Positions 26,845 to 36,508 of a DNA stretch of 64,000 bases are shown one piece after another (within the stretch, counting starts at the first letter, position 1; every line of letters starts with the position of its first letter). A model generated the notes under the pieces. The model was not told the DNA's origin and ran no database searches. It saw only the letters and a list, made by a program, of their open reading frames with translations. The position numbers and the translations under genes are program-made. The stretch is from a virus (taxonomy: Duplodnaviria; Caudoviricetes). Location: positions 17,161-81,160 of IMG/VR virus record IMGVR_UViG_3300033069_001745, one strand, 5' to 3'.

Positions 26845-27938
26845 AGCCGACCCCGAATTTCCGCCGGGGGTCTGAGCCACCCGTTTACACCCGCTCCGGT
26901 GGGGGTGTGCCCTTCGCCACGTCCTTGATGTCGCTTGATGAGAAGCGCATGTTGGCCCGCCAGCTCCTGGCCGAGTTCGGGGTCACCTCGGTCACCGAGC
27001 GGGGCAACGAGATGATTGTGTCGTGCCCGCTGCCCTTCGGTGGGCATAGCAACGGTGATCGCAACCCTTCGGCCGCCTTTAACTTCGAGAAATTAACTTT
27101 CAATTGTTTGGGGTGTCAGAATAGCGGCGGGCTTCTGTGGTTCATTGGTGCCTGCCGTGGGGAAGAGTCCGAGCAGACTCGCCAGTGGCTCACCACCCAG
27201 ATGGGGCATGACGACAGCGAGGAGGGCGTGCAGAAGCTCCTTGACTGGATCGACGCGGTCTACAGCCCCGAGATCGGTCTGGCGGCCCAGGTAATGCCCA
27301 AGATGTCGCTGCGGACGCTCGACCCCTGGTTGAAGCTGCACCCGTGGGTTACTGAGGTGCGTCGGGTACCGGCCGAGACCGCTATGGCCTTCCGGGTGGG
27401 CTACGGCGAGTTCCGTACTCGGGTGGGTGACGACTGGGTCTCGTCGCACCGAGTGGTGCTCCCCCACATCTGGCGGGGTGATCTGGTGGGTTGGCAGACG
27501 CGGCGTCTCATTGATGACGGTACGCCGAAGTATCTTTCATCGCCGGATTTCCCGAAGGATTTGACGATCTTCAATCACCATCCCCGGCAGTCGGTGGTAG
27601 TGGTGGAGTCCATGTTGAGTGTGCTCACCAAGTACCACCTCGATCCCCACATCGAGGCCACCTTCGGGGCCAAGGTCACCGATCGCCAGATCGAGCTGCT
27701 ATCCGACCATCGAGATGTCACGTTATGGCTTGATAATGATCAGGCGGGGTGGATTGCCACCCAACATCTTGGTGATGCGTTGGAGCGATACCTCCCGGTG
27801 TGGGTGGTACCATCGCCTTACGCGGCCGATGTTGGTGATCTGGACGACAGCACCTATCGCGAGCTGCTCGATCAGCGAATCCCCTATGCGCTGTGGCGCC
27901 CACCGGACGCCCTGACACCCTGGAGCCACTCATGCTGA
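26841..27938 (+). CDS. dnaG: DNA primase (Zn-binding + TOPRIM)
   Basis: 'SCPLPFGGH...FNCLGC'; VVVVESMLS; LWLDNDQAG. Start at GTG 26841 or ATG 26928. Confidence 0.88.
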   Translation: MKPTPNFRRGSEPPVYTRSGGGVPFATSLMSLDEKRMLARQLLAEFGVTSVTERGNEMIVSCPLPFGGHSNGDRNPSAAFNFEKLTFNCLGCQNSGGLLWFIGACRGEESEQTRQWLTTQMGHDDSEEGVQKLLDWIDAVYSPEIGLAAQVMPKMSLRTLDPWLKLHPWVTEVRRVPAETAMAFRVGYGEFRTRVGDDWVSSHRVVLPHIWRGDLVGWQTRRLIDDGTPKYLSSPDFPKDLTIFNHHPRQSVVVVESMLSVLTKYHLDPHIEATFGAKVTDRQIELLSDHRDVTLWLDNDQAGWIATQHLGDALERYLPVWVVPSPYAADVGDLDDSTYRELLDQRIPYALWRPPDALTPWSHSC

Positions 27939-28069
27939 GGAAGTTCGGCACCGGTAAGATCATCCGCACCCCGAAGGTGGCGCAGCAGTTCCCTACGCCC
28001 ACCCTCGAAGAGATCCAGCGGGACGGCGACGAGGACGAGAAGAAGACACCTGAGCAGGCAGAGTCGTGA
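27932..28069 (+). CDS. Small hypothetical protein (45 aa)
   Basis: Hand-translated; bridges primase and the J-domain gene with GTGA coupling. Confidence 0.45.
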   Translation: MLRKFGTGKIIRTPKVAQQFPTPTLEEIQRDGDEDEKKTPEQAES

Positions 28070-28989
28070 CCTCGCCTACCGTCTTCCTCTGCGATACGTG
28101 CGCATCAGACGCCAAGGTCACGGGGGCGGAGCTGGTGGGCACCCTGGGGTTGGATTCACTGTGCTCCTGGTGCGGGCAGTTGGCCTCAACCGTCTATACC
28201 GCCAAGGTGCTCGAACCGCTGCTCGGGCAGTATGGGCAGATGGCGGCGTCGTGGTCGCTTGATCTCGATCTGGTCAACCGGGTCATCTGGGATGTGAACG
28301 GGTACTACCGAGAGCTGGGGGTTGACCCGCATGCCCCTCGGGAGACGCTACGAGAGGCGTATCGAGCCCGGGGGCGCCATGACGATCGACTCACCTACAT
28401 CGCCAAGGTGCTCCTGAACCGGGAGACCCGCCGGGAGTACGACGCACTCCAGATCGGCCAGTTGTGGTTCGATCCGTGGCTGTCTGCCGTGGTGCGCGAT
28501 GCTGTGCTGGACGACGCCGTGCCGTCGTCCGAGCCCGATCCTCCCGAGCGTGAAGCTGCCGTTCGCCAGGAGCTGCGGGACCGCGAAGACCACCCCGTGG
28601 ACCTCCGTCCTTCGGCTCAGGAGACGAGCAACGTCATGGCCGAGTGGGACGCTCACTGGGGCCATTACACGTTGTGCATCGGGCCCCGGGCGTGGCTGAT
28701 GGCCCGCTGGCGCCTGATGCTGGCCATCGCTGCTCGATCCCTGGGGGTGCGTATCCCCGGGGTGCTCAAGGTCGGGGTGATGCGTTCCGAGGAGTCCTGG
28801 CAGGTGGTCGTGCAGCGCAGCGGGCCGATTTTCTTCCTCAACGTGGACGTGGTTGCCACGACGGAGCTGGCGGAGGCTGCTATCGTCTCTCTTCGTTGGG
28901 ATGCCGACGGGCGAGCGAGCGTGCGACACACTGCACCATGCCACCAGACTCATGCCGACGAACCAATGCACTACGCTGAACACCGCTGA
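28066..28989 (+). CDS. DnaJ-domain-like protein with N-terminal Zn finger
   Basis: 'YYRELGVDPHAPRETLREAYR...HDD...YIAKVLLNRETRREYD' resembles a J domain with a degenerate HPD; CxxC pairs at the N-terminus. Confidence 0.6.
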   Translation: MTSPTVFLCDTCASDAKVTGAELVGTLGLDSLCSWCGQLASTVYTAKVLEPLLGQYGQMAASWSLDLDLVNRVIWDVNGYYRELGVDPHAPRETLREAYRARGRHDDRLTYIAKVLLNRETRREYDALQIGQLWFDPWLSAVVRDAVLDDAVPSSEPDPPEREAAVRQELRDREDHPVDLRPSAQETSNVMAEWDAHWGHYTLCIGPRAWLMARWRLMLAIAARSLGVRIPGVLKVGVMRSEESWQVVVQRSGPIFFLNVDVVATTELAEAAIVSLRWDADGRASVRHTAPCHQTHADEPMHYAEHR

Positions 28990-29132
28990 ATTTCCCTGAA
29001 CACAGAATTTCCCGCTGAGTACCGCTGATCATCCTTCGTGCAGTGAACATTGCTGATTTCGCTGAGCTTTAGCTGATTGTGCTGACTTCTTCTGCGCGCT
29101 GCTGATCACCCTGAAACCCAAGGACACCCTGA
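28975..29132 (+). repeat. Helically phased (G)CTGA array, about 10-bp period
   Basis: CTGA at 28976, 28986, 28996, 29015, 29025, 29053, 29062, 29073, 29082, 29102, 29111 and 29129. Confidence 0.8.
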
Positions 29133-29134
29133 TT

Positions 29135-30046
29135 ATGAGCGCACCATCCTTCCGCCGTGGTGGCGATGCCGCCGAGGAAGCCAACAAGTTCACTTCGTTC
29201 AACCGGGAGAAATTCTTCTCGCTCGCTGACGGTGATAGCTGCTACGTGCGGTTCGTCACGGACGAGAACGAGTGGATCACGGTGGACCAGTACGCCTTCT
29301 TGCCCACCAAGCCAGCTCCGGCTGACTTCTCGGGTACGTGGCCCAAGAGCATGCCCGCTGTGTCGCGCTCCGACCCGGCCTTCGCCAACGTGTACAGCAA
29401 CGACTACGTTGCGGAGTTCATGCGTGACGAGAAGGGCGTGCCCTACAAGACCACTGCCCGTTCCTGGGCTTATGCCTGCATGCGTGAGCAGGTCATCGAG
29501 AACGGTCGTGTCTCGGGGTACCGGGACAAGACGCGTGAGGTGAGCTTCGAGCGCGACGGCAAGACGGTCACCGAGACGATCAAGGACATCGTCATCATCA
29601 ACATGGGGTGGAAGAATTTCTTTTCTCCCCTCAAGGGATTCGCTCGCGCCTACGGCACCGTTGTGGATCGCGACTACTGGATCGAGCGCCGGGGATCGGG
29701 AGTATCGACCACATACTCGATCGTGCCCATGGACGCCATCCCGGGCTACGACCTGCGCGACCCCGAAGTCGCCAAGCTCTACCCCATCGGTCAGCCGCTG
29801 GAGGATCTGGTGATCTCCCGCTCCAACGACGAGTATTACGCCCGTTTCTTCGATCATCGGGTGTCCGCTCCGGCGCAGAACAACTCGAACGGTGCTGCTC
29901 CGCAGGCTGCCCCGGCACCGACTCAGGCCGGACCTCCGCAGGCGTTGCCCCAGCAACCGACGAACGACATCGACCAGAGCCGTCTTCGGGCGCTCCAGGA
30001 TCGAGTCATGGGGTACGCTCCGCCCGCTGCGCCCCAGGGCGCCTAG
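29135..30046 (+). CDS. Phage single-stranded DNA-binding protein (gp32-like)
   Basis: 'FFSLADGDSCYVRFV...YWIERRGSGVSTTYSIVP' with a flexible Pro/Gln/Ala tail; located in the replication operon. Confidence 0.65.
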   Translation: MSAPSFRRGGDAAEEANKFTSFNREKFFSLADGDSCYVRFVTDENEWITVDQYAFLPTKPAPADFSGTWPKSMPAVSRSDPAFANVYSNDYVAEFMRDEKGVPYKTTARSWAYACMREQVIENGRVSGYRDKTREVSFERDGKTVTETIKDIVIINMGWKNFFSPLKGFARAYGTVVDRDYWIERRGSGVSTTYSIVPMDAIPGYDLRDPEVAKLYPIGQPLEDLVISRSNDEYYARFFDHRVSAPAQNNSNGAAPQAAPAPTQAGPPQALPQQPTNDIDQSRLRALQDRVMGYAPPAAPQGA

Positions 30047-30147
30047 ACCCACCGAGGGCCAAGGGGGTTCCCAGGAGGGCGGTGGGGCTGTTACCTCCGC
30101 TCTCCTGGGATCACTTCGTTCGTTCGACGCGCCTGGAAGAGGTTTCG

Positions 30148-33100
30148 GTGGAGTATCAGCGGTGGATCTTGTCGCTCATGCCGTTGGGCGGCTCGACGTT
30201 CTCGATGAACGGACATACCTATGCATCCCCGAGCCTCTTCGAGGACGACCACGGGATGCGGACGCTGGCCCTGCGCCGGGAGCCCGCCGGGTTCCTCATT
30301 CCGGTGCATCTCTGGGTACGGGCGTTCACCGACACCCCGACCATCATCGCCTTCACCGACGACACGGCGTGGTATGGCATCACAGTGCAACAGTGGCTCG
30401 ACGAGCGCACCGAGAACCGGGTGGATGCCACCTACGCCATTGCCCCGGAGAAACTCCGAAGGTTCGATTACTTGCCGTCTTTCAAGGATTTCGTGCTTCT
30501 TGGGAAAGAGTCGATTGCTCCGAAATCTTCGTTCGTCCATCTCCATTCACATAGTGAATTCTCAGCGTTAGACGGGTACTCGCATGTTTCGGAAATGGTT
30601 GCGGAAGCTGTACGCAATAATCAACCTGCCCTGGCGCTGACCGATCACGGTGTCTGTTCGGGACATCCCGCCTTACAGATCGAGGCGAAGAAGGCCGGAA
30701 TCAAGCCTGTCTATGGCATCGAGAGTTATTTTGTTGACGATCGATTCTTCCGACCGATGCGGAAACCGGCCAAGACGCAGTTCAAGGACGAGGACGAGTA
30801 TCAGCGTCTGATTCGGCAGTGGGAAGAGGAGCAGAAGCGGGGGAAGGACTACTGGCACCTCGTGCTGTGGGCCCAGACCGAGGAGGGCTTACGAAACCTC
30901 TGGGCGGCCAGCTCCGAGGCCCAGCGGGAGGGCAAGTACCGGGGCAAACCCCAGATGGATTGGAGCACCCTGGAGCGCCACGCCGAGGGGCTCATGGTGT
31001 CTACCGCGTGCTTGCGGGGCCCGCTGTCGGCCGCCTTGCTCAACGAGAACCACGAGCTGGCCAACCAGCGCCTGGGGCGCTTGATCGACATCTTCGGGGG
31101 CCGAGTGCACCTAGAGATCCATACCAACCAGATGCCCGAGCAGAAGCTCCTGAACGAGCGCCTGATCACGATGGCCCGAGACTTCTCGCTACCCGTGGTG
31201 GCGGTGAGCGACTCGCACTATCCCACCGCCGAGCACAAGCTGTGCCACAAGGTGTGGATCGCTGTGCAGACCGACTCCGATCTGCAAGACGATGCCGACC
31301 TGTTCGCCGGGGACGAGGACTACCACTTGCTCTCCGAGCAGGAAGCTCGACACTCGTTGAGCTACCTCCCGCCCGCCGTGGTGGACGAGGCCATCAGCAA
31401 CACCTCGTTGGTGGCCGAGCAGTGTGACGCCACGATTCGATCCCGAGGCTCGGCTCCCGTGTTCTCCAAGCGCCCGACGAGGGAGGAGTCTCAGCGCCGG
31501 GACGTGGAGCGCCTCACCGAGATTTGCCTGAACAACTGGCACAAGACGGTGGGCAAGAAGTTCCCCCAGGAGATCTATGAAGAGCGGTTTGCTCGTGAAA
31601 TGAAGCTCCTGGTTAATAAGGATTTCTGTGGATACTTCCTTATGGTTTCGAATTACTGCCGCCATGCACGGGACAACGGGGTATTAGTCGGCCCCGGAAG
31701 GGGCAGTGGTGGAGGCTGTTTGGTCGCTTATTTAGCGAACATAACTGAGATAGACCCGGTTGAAGCCGAACTCATCTTCGAGAGATTCCTCACCTCGGGG
31801 CGTAAGGGGCTTCCTGATTTTGACGTCGACTTCCCATCTTCCATGCGCGAATGGTTGACCAACTTCATTATCGACTACCACGGCGAGGATCACGTGGTGC
31901 GGGTGGGGACACACACCTACCTCCGCAACAAGGGAGCGGTGCGCTCGCTGGCCAAGGTGCTCGGGTCGACGATCCAGATTCACTTCCCGGACATTGAGAT
32001 GATCTGTGCCATCATCGACGAGGCCGAAGCCGACTCGGCGGGCTTGGGGCGGGCCTGGGATGAAGTGTGGACAGCGTTCCCCCAGGAGTACGAGCAGTGG
32101 TCGAGCAAGTATCCACTCTTGTTCGAGATGGCGGAGAAGATCGTGGGGCGCCTCTCCACCTACGGCCAGCACCCGGCGGGCGTGGTGATCGCCACCGATG
32201 CCCCGCTCAAGGGTGAAGTGCCGATGCGCTACACCCCGAGCGGTCACGCGGTGTCCGAGTGGAACATGGAAGCGCTGGAGTCGATCGGGTTGGTGAAGTT
32301 CGACCTCCTGACCATCCGTAACCTCGACACGCTCCAGGAGGGCGTGGACATCGACTCCCGCCTGGCCCAAGAGGCCGCCTCGTTCGGGGCTCGGGTGGCC
32401 GAGGAGACCGGGGAGCGCATCGACTTCTACTCCTGGACCGCCGAGTACGACGACCCCGAGGTATGGGACGCCATCTGTGCCGGTGACACACTGGGGATGT
32501 TCCAGATCGAGACCTACGCCGGTACCGCCATGTGTCGGCGCTACAAGCCCCGGTCGATCCAGGAGCTGGCCGACGTGATCACGCTCATCCGCCCCGGCCC
32601 CATGCGATCCGGCCTGACCGACACCTTCCTGCGCCGTCGTCACGGTGAGGAGGAGGTGACCTTCCCTCACCCACTCCTGGAACAGGTGCTCTCGAAGAGA
32701 TACGGCACGATTATTTACCAGGAGGACATCCTCAGCGTCTGCATGATTCTCGCTAAATACGACGAGAACGAAGCGGACGAGGTTCGAAAGATTCTCGGGA
32801 AGAAGAAGGTCGAGGAAGCGAAAGAAGCCGGTTTAAAGTTCGTCCATCGCTGTGAGGAGAACGGTGTTCCTCGATCTGTTTCCGAACCCCTTTGGGAGCA
32901 GATGGAGGAGTTCGCCAAGTATAGCTTCGGTAATGCGCATGCATTTGGATATGCCACTATAGCCTTCTGGTGCGTCTCAGGTGCAACTAAGATATATGAT
33001 TGGGACAATAAAGAGTATATTAGTGTCTCCAAGGCATTCAAGCGTGGTGTTGACCATGTAGCTTGCTTCGATGAGGAAACTGGCAAGACCATCCGGGGTA

Positions 33101-34095
33101 AAGTTAAGAAGGTTATACGAACCAATGATCTTCACTCTAAGACTATGGGGTGGGTTGTCAGAACCAAGTCTAATAAGAGGCTTGAGTGTAGTATAGATCA
33201 TAGGATTCTTACGCCAGACGGTTACAAGAAGGTTTCTGAATTACTTCCTGGAGATATGGTTGCTAGCGAGAAGCGCGTCTCTGTGATGACTGACGAGAGG
33301 CGCCGGGCTATCGCTGAGGGGGTGCGTCGTCACTGGGAGGGGATGAGCCAGGATGATAAGAGATTAAGAATTGAGCGCACTAAGGAATCGCTGCCTACTG
33401 AATTACGTTCAACCGCTGCGAAACTTGGATGGTCTCGCATGGATAGCGATGAACGTGAAAGTCGCGTTAAGAAATTGGTAGAGTCTGCGACAGGAGGTAC
33501 TTGGGGTGCTTGTCGCAGGGGCGTGGTTGAAAAGTGTGGTCACCGGTACGCGTCCAGTAACGAGAGATTTATATGTGAATGGTTCAATCTACATGGGATA
33601 GATCATGAGTCTCAGGTTTGGGTTGGATCAGGGTTTGCTGATTGGCGTGTGAAGGGTGTATTCATAGAGTTTGATGGATTGGATAGACATGAGTCATACT
33701 TCGAGAATAAGTTTGGTGATGATCCGTATATTGTAATCAAGGATATCAATTACGTAGACCATGACTTACACTTCTTTCTTGAAGAGGATATTATGCGTTC
33801 TGGTGGGTTTGTCACGTTTGAGCCAATTGTCAGTATCACTCCATCTAAACCGATTATTATGTATGACATAGTCATGGAGCAGGCTCCACATAATTTCTTG
33901 GCGGATGGAATAGTGGTACACAACTGCGCGTGGCTAAAGGTCCGGAAGCCGCTGGCCTTCCTCACGGCGGTGCTCTCGACGGCTGACGCCAAGCGCATCC
34001 CGGACTTCATCGAGGAGGCGCGCCAGCGAGGGATCACGCCACTTCCGCCCGACATCAACACCTCGGATCGACGGTTCTCGGTGGTGCGCCGGTGA
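30148..34095 (+). CDS. dnaE: DNA polymerase III alpha (DnaE), N-terminal part, with intein
   Basis: PHP motif HLHSHSEFSALDG, LTDHG, GPGRGSGGG, LPDFDVDF, HPAGVV, KFDLL, RPGP, IIYQE. Start placed at GTG 30148 (SD GAGG), about 130 aa before the PHP domain. Confidence 0.93.
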   Translation: MEYQRWILSLMPLGGSTFSMNGHTYASPSLFEDDHGMRTLALRREPAGFLIPVHLWVRAFTDTPTIIAFTDDTAWYGITVQQWLDERTENRVDATYAIAPEKLRRFDYLPSFKDFVLLGKESIAPKSSFVHLHSHSEFSALDGYSHVSEMVAEAVRNNQPALALTDHGVCSGHPALQIEAKKAGIKPVYGIESYFVDDRFFRPMRKPAKTQFKDEDEYQRLIRQWEEEQKRGKDYWHLVLWAQTEEGLRNLWAASSEAQREGKYRGKPQMDWSTLERHAEGLMVSTACLRGPLSAALLNENHELANQRLGRLIDIFGGRVHLEIHTNQMPEQKLLNERLITMARDFSLPVVAVSDSHYPTAEHKLCHKVWIAVQTDSDLQDDADLFAGDEDYHLLSEQEARHSLSYLPPAVVDEAISNTSLVAEQCDATIRSRGSAPVFSKRPTREESQRRDVERLTEICLNNWHKTVGKKFPQEIYEERFAREMKLLVNKDFCGYFLMVSNYCRHARDNGVLVGPGRGSGGGCLVAYLANITEIDPVEAELIFERFLTSGRKGLPDFDVDFPSSMREWLTNFIIDYHGEDHVVRVGTHTYLRNKGAVRSLAKVLGSTIQIHFPDIEMICAIIDEAEADSAGLGRAWDEVWTAFPQEYEQWSSKYPLLFEMAEKIVGRLSTYGQHPAGVVIATDAPLKGEVPMRYTPSGHAVSEWNMEALESIGLVKFDLLTIRNLDTLQEGVDIDSRLAQEAASFGARVAEETGERIDFYSWTAEYDDPEVWDAICAGDTLGMFQIETYAGTAMCRRYKPRSIQELADVITLIRPGPMRSGLTDTFLRRRHGEEEVTFPHPLLEQVLSKRYGTIIYQEDILSVCMILAKYDENEADEVRKILGKKKVEEAKEAGLKFVHRCEENGVPRSVSEPLWEQMEEFAKYSFGNAHAFGYATIAFWCVSGATKIYDWDNKEYISVSKAFKRGVDHVACFDEETGKTIRGKVKKVIRTNDLHSKTMGWVVRTKSNKRLECSIDHRILTPDGYKKVSELLPGDMVASEKRVSVMTDERRRAIAEGVRRHWEGMSQDDKRLRIERTKESLPTELRSTAAKLGWSRMDSDERESRVKKLVESATGGTWGACRRGVVEKCGHRYASSNERFICEWFNLHGIDHESQVWVGSGFADWRVKGVFIEFDGLDRHESYFENKFGDDPYIVIKDINYVDHDLHFFLEEDIMRSGGFVTFEPIVSITPSKPIIMYDIVMEQAPHNFLADGIVVHNCAWLKVRKPLAFLTAVLSTADAKRIPDFIEEARQRGITPLPPDINTSDRRFSVVRR
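32971..33924 (+). mobile_element. Intein (318 aa) with internal nuclease-like domain
   Basis: Starts at C (CVSGATKIY), has block B 'LECSIDHRILT', and ends 'YDIVMEQAPHNFLADGIVVHN' followed by +1 Cys. Visibly lower GC than the flanks. Removal restores GYATIAFW|CAWLK. Confidence 0.93.
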
Positions 34096-34922
34096 CCGCC
34101 CTGGAAGAGCCCGAGCTGCGCTACACCGTGCGCTACGGCATCACCGACATCGCTGGGGTGGGTGACAGCGCCTACGAGGCCATCTTGGCTGGGCGGCCCT
34201 ACACCAGCTTCACCGACTTCCTGGAGCGCCGGGGCACCAAGTGCAACTCGGCCGACATCGATCGCTTGGTGCGCATCGGGGCGTTCGACTCACTGCACCC
34301 TGATCGAGCCAAGCTCATCGCGGAGTGGGAGTGGGTCAAGCGTCAGTCGGAGAATCTCTGCCGCTGGCGCAACGAGAGCCACCTGGGGGTCAAGGGGTTG
34401 CCGTGCACCCGAGACTGGTCGGACGTGCCGGTGGAGCTGAAGCGTGACGGGACCCCGAAGAAGAACCAGAAGGGTCCCCCGAGCAAGTGCACCCGGGCGT
34501 GCTGGAAGTATGAGCCAATCGAGCCACCCGACCTGGGCAGTGTGGCACCATTGACCGAGAGCGATGTGCGGGGGATCGAGCGGGAGATGCTGGGTGTGTA
34601 CCTATCATCCACCCCGTTCGATGACCTCGACCCCAAGCTGGTGGAGGAGTGTCACCGAAGCGCTGACCTCGATGCGGCCAGTGCTGGCCAGCGGGTGATG
34701 GTGTGCGTGCAGATCGAGTCGTGCTCTACGCGCAACGATCGCAACGGCAACCCGATGGGTTTCCTCGGGCTCCTGACTCATGACGGCACCAAGCTCCGGG
34801 CGGTGTGCTTCTACCGCAAGTGGGCCCAGATCAGGATCGATGTCTACGTGGAGCGCCTGATGTTCGGGGTGCTCTCCAAGACCGATCGGGGCTGGGTGGT
34901 CGAGGGGCTCATGCCCGCCTAG
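34092..34922 (+). CDS. dnaE: DNA polymerase III alpha, separate C-terminal part (HhH + OB fold)
   Basis: 'VRYGITDIAGVGDSA...RPYTSFTDFLER...LVRIGAFDSL', 'EREMLGVYLSSTP', 'DRNGNPMGFL'. Confidence 0.88.
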   Translation: MTALEEPELRYTVRYGITDIAGVGDSAYEAILAGRPYTSFTDFLERRGTKCNSADIDRLVRIGAFDSLHPDRAKLIAEWEWVKRQSENLCRWRNESHLGVKGLPCTRDWSDVPVELKRDGTPKKNQKGPPSKCTRACWKYEPIEPPDLGSVAPLTESDVRGIEREMLGVYLSSTPFDDLDPKLVEECHRSADLDAASAGQRVMVCVQIESCSTRNDRNGNPMGFLGLLTHDGTKLRAVCFYRKWAQIRIDVYVERLMFGVLSKTDRGWVVEGLMPA

Positions 34923-34970
34923 TAAACAATTCTTTTCCACGATCGAACTGCATGCAAAGGATTCTTCCCT

Positions 34971-36146
34971 GTGGCTACCCCGTCCGCGAACCGTGCCTTC
35001 GAGAGCTTCTTGTCCAAGTTCGAGAAGTCTCACCTCACTCCGCTGACCGAGGCGGAGACCCGTGCTCCGTACAAGGTTATTTCGACTGGATCTTTCGCCC
35101 TTGATTATGCTCTTGGTGTTGGTGGGTGGGTTGAGGGTCGCTTAGTCGAGATTTGGGGCAATGACTCGATCGGGAAGACGACGTTCTCTTTAGTGAGTGT
35201 TGCCGAGGCGCAGAAGGCGTATCCGAAGAAGCAAGTCGCTTTCATAGATATGGAGCAGACCTTTGATCTGGGGTTGGCCAAGGGCGTAGGGGTAGACACC
35301 TCTCGGCTCTGGGTGTTCACTCCGTCGTCGGCGGAAGCGGTGGCCGACGCGGTGAAGGACATCATCAGCTCGGGGTTCTTCTCCATGGTGGTGCTCGACT
35401 CGGTGGGGGCGATGATCCCCGAGGCCGAGAAGGAGAAGGACGCCGACGAGGCAGTGGTGGCCATCCAGGCCAAGATCGTGACTCGCATGGTGAAGATCGC
35501 TGCTGTGGAGTGCGCCAAGACGGACACCATCTTCATCCTGCTCAATCAGGTGCGCTCGTTGATCGGGGCCATGAGGGGCCCGACTACCACGACTGGCGGC
35601 GGGTGGGCGCTTAAGCACGTCACCACCCACAAGGTGCAGCTCTCGCGCACCGGTACCAAGCCCTACGAAGTGCGGATAGACGGCGAGGATCGCGTCGTGG
35701 GCTACGAGCTGCGGGCGAAGGTTGAGCGCAACAAGGTGGCCCCGCCCCATCGCATCGCCACGTTCAACCTGTTCAACCAGGCCACGGATCGCTACGGCCC
35801 CCGGGGCGTAGATCGAGTTGACGAGGTGATCACCCTGGGAATGCGAAGAGATGTCGGGATGATCCAGCACAGTGGGTCGTGGTACACCCTGGTCACCACG
35901 GGCGAGCAAGTGCAGGGCCTCGACAAGATGAAGGATCTTCTGCGATCCCAACCCGGGGAGATGGTCAAGATTCGTGAGGCGGCGGTATCTGCGGTGGCCC
36001 ACGAAGTGCACGCCGAAGACGAAGATCCTGACGACGAGCCCGAAGAATCGGCAGAGAGCGACGAGGCTGAACGGTTGGAGAGGATCGTGGCCAAGGCCGT
36101 CCCGCAGTTCCGCAAGGGTGATCCGAGCGACGAGGCGGAGGACTGA
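34971..36146 (+). CDS. recA: RecA/UvsX-like recombinase
   Basis: ISTGSFALDYALGVGG, GRLVEIWG, GKTT, FIDMEQ, VLDSVGAM, NQVR, GGWALK. Confidence 0.95.
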   Translation: MATPSANRAFESFLSKFEKSHLTPLTEAETRAPYKVISTGSFALDYALGVGGWVEGRLVEIWGNDSIGKTTFSLVSVAEAQKAYPKKQVAFIDMEQTFDLGLAKGVGVDTSRLWVFTPSSAEAVADAVKDIISSGFFSMVVLDSVGAMIPEAEKEKDADEAVVAIQAKIVTRMVKIAAVECAKTDTIFILLNQVRSLIGAMRGPTTTTGGGWALKHVTTHKVQLSRTGTKPYEVRIDGEDRVVGYELRAKVERNKVAPPHRIATFNLFNQATDRYGPRGVDRVDEVITLGMRRDVGMIQHSGSWYTLVTTGEQVQGLDKMKDLLRSQPGEMVKIREAAVSAVAHEVHAEDEDPDDEPEESAESDEAERLERIVAKAVPQFRKGDPSDEAED

Positions 36147-36508
36147 TGGCCCGGCGTGATATCACGCGCCAGCTCTCGGATCGCCACGAGGCTGATGCGG
36201 CGAAGTTCTTCGGCGGCCGGGTACCGAGGGGCTCCGGGAATCAATGGAGGGACCCTCTCGACGGGCGTCAGAACCGCATGGAGCAGCGCGTGGCCTTCGC
36301 CTGGGATGCGAAAGCCACGGAGAAGCAGTCGATCGGCGTGAGTCTGGCGATGTGGGACAAGACGGTTGAGCAGTCACACGGGGAGCGCCCGATGCTTTTG
36401 CTGCGTTTCTACGGCCCCGGGCTGCGGGTGGACCAGGATCTGGCGGTGATCGGATGGGATGACCTCCAGGAGCTTCTGGAGATCGTCAACGGAGGTGAGG
36501 AGCGGTGA
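36146..36508 (+). CDS. PD-(D/E)XK Holliday junction resolvase-like (Hjc-type)
   Basis: 'RHEADAAKFFGG...RGSGN...DG...WDAKAT'. Confidence 0.6.
   Translation: MARRDITRQLSDRHEADAAKFFGGRVPRGSGNQWRDPLDGRQNRMEQRVAFAWDAKATEKQSIGVSLAMWDKTVEQSHGERPMLLLRFYGPGLRVDQDLAVIGWDDLQELLEIVNGGEER

Noticed and set aside
29608-30147. ORF-track N-terminal extension of DnaE
   Set aside because: Overlaps the ssb gene in another frame and crosses a GC-rich hairpin; a better SD and start exist at 30148.
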